DNA of 63,270 nt, filler included. It is 5 parts of 5 records of this genome, joined end to end, with 100 filler letters (N's around TTAATTAATTAA, not from the genome) between each part and the next. Parts side by side here need not be neighbours in the genome. Positions count along the whole stretch, not along the records: positions 48,945 to 63,270 come from SRR20825010_184; 4 more parts are not named here. The stretch is one strand, 5' to 3'. This document shows, piece after piece, positions 57,203 through 63,270 of the stretch. Below the pieces are notes generated by a model. It was not told the origin of the DNA. It ran no database searches and was given only the letters and a program-made list of their open reading frames with translations. Numbering within the stretch: position 1 is the first letter of the stretch; each line of letters starts with the position of its first letter. A program made the position numbers and the translations under genes.

Positions 57203-58756
57203 TCAGGATTGCAGGTATTGCTCCAGGAATTCTCCGAATGGCTGGTTTTCGGCTTGCTCCATTTCATCCTGCTCGGAAAGCGAATCAGCGGTCATTTTGT
57301 CAAACGCCGCCATCACATCCGGCGACAGCCCTTCCCCTCGCAGCGTTTGCTGGTGCTGCCTGGACATTTCCAGCCCCCATTCCCGATGACCCATGCCGGA
57401 AGCCTCCATGGCTTCAAGCACCTTCGCTGAAGGTAACTCACGCGGATCGTCGAGCTTGGCACGCTGGTCATCCAGCGCTCGCCGATAGGTGGAATCTCCG
57501 TTCAAGCTGTCCAACTGTTCTGCAAGGGGGGCAAGACGGTCCATCAGGGCAATGGCAGCGTCACCGACCCGGCCGCGTTCACCGGAGCGACAGATCGTCA
57601 GGTCCGGATTCCGGCCCCTAGCCACCACATCCTGGTAATTGTCATCCAGGCGATCGCATTCGTCATCGTCAATTCGGGGGCTGTCTGACAGCAGGCAATC
57701 CAGCAGGAACAGGTCAAGAAAATCGATCTGGCTTTCGTTAACGCCAACCGGGGAGAACGGATCCAGGTCCAGGCAACGCACCTCAATGTACTCCACGCCC
57801 CGTGACTCCAGGGCTTGTATCGGCTTTTCCCCACGCTCGGTGGTGCGCTTTGGCCGCACGGCGCTGTAGTACTCGTTCTCAATCTGCAGCACGCTGGTGT
57901 TGATCTGGATGAATTCGCCGTCGCGCCGGGTTCCCATCTTTTCGTAAGCTGGCCACGGGGTATGAATCGCCCTGAACAGAGTGTCGGTATAGGTCTTCAG
58001 TTCATTGAAACAGATATTCAGCGATGCCTGAGCGTTGTTGTGATAGCCCAGGTCGCCCATGCGCAGCGATGTGGCCTCGCGGCCATACCAGGTATCATCG
58101 CCGAACCTGCTCAGGTCATGACGTACACCCGCCACAAAGCTGGCATCCAGCGCCGGAGAAGCGCCGAACAGCAGCATCAGCATCCAGCTGCGACGACGGA
58201 AATTGCGGATCAGCCAGAAATACTGGTCCGACTTGAAGTCCTGCAGGCTTTGTTGGTTACCAAGGGCGTCCTGCCAAAGCCTCCAGAAACTGTCAGGCAG
58301 CGACAGGTTGTAGTGGGCGCCAGCAATGCTTTGCATCATGCGACCGTAACGCACGGCCAGCCCCTGGCGATACACATGCTTCAGGCGACCGATATTGGCA
58401 GTGCCATACTCGGCAATGGGAATGCTCGCGTCGCCGTCCAGCTCACACGGCATACTCGCGGCCCAGAACACCTCATCCCCAAGATTGCACTGAACGAAGC
58501 GATGGGTATCCCGGAGCGAATCGAGCATCCCTCGCGTGGTATCGAACACCGGGGTAATCAGCTCCAACAAAGCTTCGGAGTAATCCGTGGTGATACGGGG
58601 ATGAGTCAGTGTGGAACCCAGCGAGCGGGGGTGCGGAGTCTGTGCGATAAAGCCGTTGCGATCGACCCGCAGGCCTTCTTTCTCAACGCCTTTTCGAAAT
58701 CCGGCCCATTGGTTGGCCGTGAACTGCTGAAAAAGCTGATGGCGGGATTCACCCAT
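57203..58756 (-). CDS. gshA: Glutamate-cysteine ligase
   Basis: GVEKEGLR, ITTDYSEALLE, ATSLRM, LQIENEYY and GVEYIEVR motifs. Confidence 0.96.
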   Translation of the reverse strand: MGESRHQLFQQFTANQWAGFRKGVEKEGLRVDRNGFIAQTPHPRSLGSTLTHPRITTDYSEALLELITPVFDTTRGMLDSLRDTHRFVQCNLGDEVFWAASMPCELDGDASIPIAEYGTANIGRLKHVYRQGLAVRYGRMMQSIAGAHYNLSLPDSFWRLWQDALGNQQSLQDFKSDQYFWLIRNFRRRSWMLMLLFGASPALDASFVAGVRHDLSRFGDDTWYGREATSLRMGDLGYHNNAQASLNICFNELKTYTDTLFRAIHTPWPAYEKMGTRRDGEFIQINTSVLQIENEYYSAVRPKRTTERGEKPIQALESRGVEYIEVRCLDLDPFSPVGVNESQIDFLDLFLLDCLLSDSPRIDDDECDRLDDNYQDVVARGRNPDLTICRSGERGRVGDAAIALMDRLAPLAEQLDSLNGDSTYRRALDDQRAKLDDPRELPSAKVLEAMEASGMGHREWGLEMSRQHQQTLRGEGLSPDVMAAFDKMTADSLSEQDEMEQAENQPFGEFLEQYLQS

Positions 58757-58772
58757 GAATGACTCCTGCTTG

Positions 58773-58801
58773 AATGGCCGCCGGGAACACCGGCGGCCAT
58801 T
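58773..58801. other. Perfect 12-bp stem-loop between tex and gshA
   Basis: AATGGCCGCCGG-GAACA-CCGGCGGCCATT. Confidence 0.6.
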
Positions 58802-58824
58802 ACGGTAGTGTGTAGCGGCGCGGG

Positions 58825-61155
58825 TTAACGGCCGTCTTTGCGGGCCGACGCCAGAGCCTGTGCCAGCGCTCCGGCCATGGCACCCTTTTGCCCGCTGTCT
58901 GCGCCCTTGTGGCGGTCATTTCTTGCGGAAGGTTTGCCACCTTTACTGCTGGAGCCGGCGCGGTTGTCGGATTTCTCCCCGGGCTGGTCATCCATACGCA
59001 TGGAAAGCGCAATCCGCTTTCTCGGGATATCAACGTCCATCACTTTCACCTTGACGATATCCCCTGCCTTGACCACTTCCCTCGGATCTTTAACGAAGGT
59101 ATTCGACAACGCAGAGATATGCACAAGGCCATCCTGATGGACGCCGATGTCCACGAACGCGCCGAAGTTGGTCACGTTGGTGACCGACCCTTCCAGCACC
59201 ATGCCCGGCTTCAGGTCATTGAGGGTTTCCACTCCCTCCTCGAAGCTGGCAAAGCGGAACTCCGGCCGGGGGTCACGGCCCGGCTTTTCCAATTCCGTAA
59301 TAATATCCTTTATGGTCGGCAGACCAAACTGTTCGGTGACATAGTCCTGCGGGTTCAACGAGCGCAGGAAATCGGCGTCGCCGACGATACCTTCAATCTT
59401 GCGATTGTTCTGGCGGGCAATAGCCTCAACCACACCATAGGCTTCCGGGTGCACCGACGAGCGGTCCAGCGGATTGTCGCCCCCCGCAATGCGAAGGAAA
59501 CCGGCCGACTGCTCAAAGGTACGATCACCAAGGCGGGACACTTTAAGCAACTGCCTGCGATCACGAAACACGCCATTCTGGTTACGAAAATCGACGATGT
59601 TCTGGGCAATACTCTGGTTCAGGCCGGACACCCGTGCCAGCAGGGGGATGGATGCGGTGTTGAGATCCACACCAACACCGTTAACACAGTCCTCCACCAC
59701 GGCATCCAGGCTGCGGGCCAGCTGCACCTGAGACACGTCGTGCTGGTACTGCCCCACACCGATGGACTTGGGTTCGATCTTCACCATTTCCGCCAATGGG
59801 TCCTGCAATCGGCGGGCGATGGAGACCGCCCCGCGAATGGTCACGTCCAGGTCCGGCAGTTCGCGGGAGGCGAATTCAGAGGCGGAATAGATCGAAGCAC
59901 CGGATTCGCTGACCACAATCCGCGCCAGCTTCAGCTCCGGGTAACGCTTGCTCAGGTCCGCGACCAGCTTTTCGGTTTCGCGGGAGGCCGTACCGTTACC
60001 AATGGCCACCAGTTCAATGCGGTACTGCCGACACCAGCTCGCCAACTGTTCAATGGACTGATCCCACTGGTTGCGGGGCGCGTGCGGGAAAATACCACCG
60101 TGCCCCACCACCTGGCCGGTGCCGTCGATGATGGCAACCTTCACACCGGTGCGCAGGCCGGGGTCCAGCCCCAGTGTGGCGCGGGGGCCCGCCGGCGCCA
60201 GTAACAGCAGATCCTTGAGGTTGGCGGCAAACACATTGATGGCCTCGGTTTCTGCCGCTTCCCGCACCTGGGCCATAAGGTCGGTTTCGATCTGGGTGGA
60301 CAGCTTTACGCGCCAGGTCCAGCGCACCACTTCCGACAACCAGCGGTCGGCCGCACGGCCGTTGTCACGGATATGCCAGCGCGCGGCAATACGCTGTTCC
60401 GCCGGATGGGGCTGGCGACGGTCGTCTTCCGCATCGCCAACCACAATGGAGTAGGTAAGCACGCCTTCATTGCGCCCCCGGAGGATGGCAAGCGCACGAT
60501 GGGATGGCACCTTTTTCAGTGGCTCGACATGGTCGAAGTAGTCGCGGAACTTGGCACCTTCATTTTCCTTGCCGTCCACCACGGTGACCTTGAGCTGCCC
60601 CTGCTGCCAGATAAAGTCACGCAGCTCACCCAGGAGTTCCGCATCCTCGGCAAAGCGTTCCATCAGAATGTAGCGGGCACCATCAAGCGCGGCCTTGGTG
60701 TCGGTAACACCGGCCTCATCATTGATATAGCCTTCCGCTGTGCTCTCTGGCTCCAGCGTGGGGTCGTCATACAGGGCATCGGCCAGGGGCTCCAGACCGG
60801 CTTCACGGGCAATCTGCGCTTTGGTTCGGCGCTTGGGCTTATACGGCAGGTAGAGGTCTTCGAGGCGGTTCTTGGTGTCCGCCGAATCGATGCTGGCACG
60901 CAGTTCATCGGTCAGCTTGCCCTGCTCCTCAATGCTGTTGAGGATCGTGGAACGACGGTCTTCCAGCTCTCGCAGATAACGCAGGCGGTCTTCCAGGGAC
61001 CGTAACTGGCTGTCATCGAGCGAACCGGTGACTTCCTTGCGATAACGGGCAATAAAAGGAACGGTGGCGCCACCGTCCAGCATTTCAACGGTGGCATTCA
61101 CCTGCTGTTCACGAACACCCAGTTCGTCAGCAATGCGCCTGATGATACTGTTCAT
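58825..61155 (-). CDS. tex: Tex family transcription accessory protein (S1 domain)
   Basis: [37 protein letters not shown] and S1 [10 protein letters not shown] motifs. Confidence 0.96.
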   Translation of the reverse strand: MNSIIRRIADELGVREQQVNATVEMLDGGATVPFIARYRKEVTGSLDDSQLRSLEDRLRYLRELEDRRSTILNSIEEQGKLTDELRASIDSADTKNRLEDLYLPYKPKRRTKAQIAREAGLEPLADALYDDPTLEPESTAEGYINDEAGVTDTKAALDGARYILMERFAEDAELLGELRDFIWQQGQLKVTVVDGKENEGAKFRDYFDHVEPLKKVPSHRALAILRGRNEGVLTYSIVVGDAEDDRRQPHPAEQRIAARWHIRDNGRAADRWLSEVVRWTWRVKLSTQIETDLMAQVREAAETEAINVFAANLKDLLLLAPAGPRATLGLDPGLRTGVKVAIIDGTGQVVGHGGIFPHAPRNQWDQSIEQLASWCRQYRIELVAIGNGTASRETEKLVADLSKRYPELKLARIVVSESGASIYSASEFASRELPDLDVTIRGAVSIARRLQDPLAEMVKIEPKSIGVGQYQHDVSQVQLARSLDAVVEDCVNGVGVDLNTASIPLLARVSGLNQSIAQNIVDFRNQNGVFRDRRQLLKVSRLGDRTFEQSAGFLRIAGGDNPLDRSSVHPEAYGVVEAIARQNNRKIEGIVGDADFLRSLNPQDYVTEQFGLPTIKDIITELEKPGRDPRPEFRFASFEEGVETLNDLKPGMVLEGSVTNVTNFGAFVDIGVHQDGLVHISALSNTFVKDPREVVKAGDIVKVKVMDVDIPRKRIALSMRMDDQPGEKSDNRAGSSSKGGKPSARNDRHKGADSGQKGAMAGALAQALASARKDGR

Positions 61156-61202
61156 GCAACCTCATCTGATGCTTACGAGTCAAAGCGCAAAGGTACAGCG
61201 GC

Positions 61203-62939
61203 TTATTGCTGCAGGCAAGCAGCGCGGCTACGGTTGTCCAGGAATTGCACAAGATCTGCCCATGGCATGGGGCGCGCGTAGTAGTAACCCTGAATTTCAT
61301 CACAGTGTTGCTGGCGCAGGAACTCCAGTTGTCCTTCCGTCTCCACCCCTTCCGCCACCACGCTGATTTGCAGGCTGTGAGCCAGGCTGATAATGGCACG
61401 GATGATATGCTCGGCGTCGGCAGACTGCCCCAACTCCTGAACGAAAGACTTGTCGATTTTCACGAGGGATATAGGCAGGTGCTGAAGATTGCTGAGTGAG
61501 GAGAACCCGGTTCCGAAGTCATCCAGGGCAAAACTGATACCCAGTTGATTGAGCTCCCGCAGACATCGCTGGGCATATTCCGGGTCATGCATCATGGCGC
61601 TTTCCGTAAGCTCCAACTCCAACAGACTGGTGTCGATATTGGCATTGAAGATAATGCGGAAAATGGTTTCGGTCATCTTGCGATCATGGAACTGACGGAA
61701 CGAAAGGTTCACGGCAAACACCAGCCCCGGGTGCCCGAGGTCTGAACACTCCTGCAGACGCTTGCAGGCCTGTTCAATCACCCAGTAGCCGATAGGAACG
61801 ATCAACCCGCTGCGCTCAGCCACTGGAATGAATTCGTCCGGCCCCACCAACCCCCTTTCCGGATGATTCCACCGGAGCAGGCACTCCACCCCCCGAACTT
61901 CCTCCGACGCGAGGTCGATACGCGGCTGATAATACACTTCCAGCTCATTGCCCCGCAGAGCGTTACGGAGATCCGCCTCCAGGCGCAGTTGGTATCCGGC
62001 CGTTATGTGCAACTGACGATCGTAAAACCGGTAACTGGTACCTGGGTCGCGCTTGGCTTCAAACATGGCTCGGTTGGCACGTCGCAGAAGGTTTTCCGGG
62101 CTGTCACCCGCTTCCGGGTAGGTGGCCACACCGAGGCTGGCGCTGACGACGACATTCTGGCCGTCAAGGCTGAATGGTTCACCCATCGCAGTCACGAGCT
62201 TGCGGATGATCTGGGTAATATCCAGGGAGTCTTCCACTTTCTCGACAATGATCGCAAACTCGTCGCCGCCAATACGCATCAGCGAATCCACTCGCCGCAG
62301 ATTCTGTCGCAGCCGTTCCGCCAGCTTCAGCATGATCTGGTCACTCTTCTGGTAACCGAAGGATTCATTGAAGCTGCGGAAATCATCCAGGTTGATGTGC
62401 AACAACGCCAGCCGCTGGCTGGCACGCTCGGCCCTCAGCAATGCCTGTTGCAGGCGATCGAAGAACAGGTCACGGTTGATAAAACCACTGGCCACTTCCC
62501 GGCCCAACTGGCCGTGAGCGGACTCCGAAAGCTGCTGCCGATACCAAAGACAGCGTACCGCGCGGCGCAGCCCCCACTCTTCCAATGACTGGCGACTCAG
62601 GTAGTCCGAAGCGCCATTGGCAAGCAGGTCAACAGCACGCTCGGAGGCTGGCTCGGCACTCAGTGCCAACACCGGTTTCTCATTGCTGGACACGGACAGG
62701 TACTGCAGGAAAGCGTCTTCGGAACCGCCATGAAACACACAGTCCCAGAGGATAACGTCAAAATGGGTATTGCGAATCAGATCATCGCAGTCGATAAGAT
62801 CCGGGCACCAGGTCAGGTCCGGTTCCATTTCACAATCACGTGACAGGAGCGCACCCAGCCAGAGAAAATCCGCATACTCCGGCGTCAGCACCAGCAGCCG
62901 TACATGGCTGGGATTGGGTTGTTTTACTGCCAGGGTCAT
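61203..62939 (-). CDS. REC-like + GGDEF + EAL signalling protein
   Basis: N-terminal receiver-like region (FDVILWD, GASDYL), RIGGDEF, ECLLRW, DDFGTG and AEGVE motifs. Confidence 0.9.
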   Translation of the reverse strand: MTLAVKQPNPSHVRLLVLTPEYADFLWLGALLSRDCEMEPDLTWCPDLIDCDDLIRNTHFDVILWDCVFHGGSEDAFLQYLSVSSNEKPVLALSAEPASERAVDLLANGASDYLSRQSLEEWGLRRAVRCLWYRQQLSESAHGQLGREVASGFINRDLFFDRLQQALLRAERASQRLALLHINLDDFRSFNESFGYQKSDQIMLKLAERLRQNLRRVDSLMRIGGDEFAIIVEKVEDSLDITQIIRKLVTAMGEPFSLDGQNVVVSASLGVATYPEAGDSPENLLRRANRAMFEAKRDPGTSYRFYDRQLHITAGYQLRLEADLRNALRGNELEVYYQPRIDLASEEVRGVECLLRWNHPERGLVGPDEFIPVAERSGLIVPIGYWVIEQACKRLQECSDLGHPGLVFAVNLSFRQFHDRKMTETIFRIIFNANIDTSLLELELTESAMMHDPEYAQRCLRELNQLGISFALDDFGTGFSSLSNLQHLPISLVKIDKSFVQELGQSADAEHIIRAIISLAHSLQISVVAEGVETEGQLEFLRQQHCDEIQGYYYARPMPWADLVQFLDNRSRAACLQQ

Positions 62940-63082
62940 TAAGAAGCGTCCCGTTCCTCGTGATCAAACATCTCCGTTCCCTCAAGAATAGCTGATAGAT
63001 CGTCAAGGTACAGCATGTCTGCCTAGTGTAGAATGTTTGCTTCCCAGGTTATCTCGGAATTTCCCGGATTGGCGCAATTATT

Positions 63083-63270
63083 GTGAACAAGCTCAACCCC
63101 CGACAGAGTGAAGCCGTCCGCTACGCGGAGGGTCCTATGCTGGTACTGGCTGGTGCCGGCAGCGGTAAGACCAGCGTGATCACCCGCAAAGTGGCTTATC
63201 TGATCGAACACCTTGGCATTCCAGGGCGTCATATCGCCGCCGTGACCTTCACCAACAAGGCCGCGCGCGA
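63083..63270 (+). CDS. rep: ATP-dependent DNA helicase Rep (UvrD family), 3'-truncated; not in the ORF track
   Basis: GTG start reading LNPRQSEAV…[17 protein letters not shown]…[10 protein letters not shown]. Confidence 0.9.
   Translation, partial: MNKLNPRQSEAVRYAEGPMLVLAGAGSGKTSVITRKVAYLIEHLGIPGRHIAAVTFTNKAAR

Noticed and set aside
58888..60204. 438-aa antisense ORF over tex (likewise 57815-58762, 16665-17465, 24917-25705, 20398-21225)
   Set aside because: Codon-bias shadow ORFs opposite confidently identified genes in GC-rich DNA.

Overview
This window is not one locus. It is five unrelated contigs joined by artificial 100-nt spacers (N44-TTAATTAATTAA-N44), so gene neighbourhoods across the spacers carry no meaning. 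(1) 1-9862: an AT-rich Bacteroidota conjugative-element transfer region with traF, traG, three TraI-like paralogues, traJ, traK, a small membrane ORF, traM, traN and a conserved hypothetical gene. (2) 9963-27559: a GC-rich gammaproteobacterial (Marinobacter-like) segment. It holds aceA, a CASTOR/POLLUX-like channel, ChaN, a macrodomain protein, a cra-fruBKA fructose PTS with a clear Cra operator, SIMPL, a stand-alone GH84 enzyme, a ferritin-like protein, a LexA-boxed PA0069 radical SAM gene and a TRAP transporter. (3) 27660-39886: a probably betaproteobacterial segment with prkA-yeaH-spoVR behind a sigma-54 promoter, a CobD-like gene, an LplT-like MFS, fadE, SRPBCC, a saccharopine-dehydrogenase-like gene and an NTF2-domain protein. 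(4) 39987-48844: a probably alphaproteobacterial catabolic cluster with two divergent TRAP systems around FAH-family, RutE-like, YciI and GlcG/HbpS genes. (5) 48945-63270: Marinobacter-like housekeeping genes (trxA, ppx, ABC-F, FKBP, rsd/algQ, dsbB, fliL, RMF-like, gshA, tex, GGDEF-EAL, rep). No rRNA, tRNA, CRISPR array or transposase was seen. The best candidates for undescribed biology are the double-TRAP cluster (one DctP lacks the canonical carboxylate-binding Arg), the triplicated TraI-like genes, and the cytoplasmic O-GlcNAcase-like GH84. All protein calls rest on motif recognition by eye, with no database search, and the taxonomic labels are inferences.
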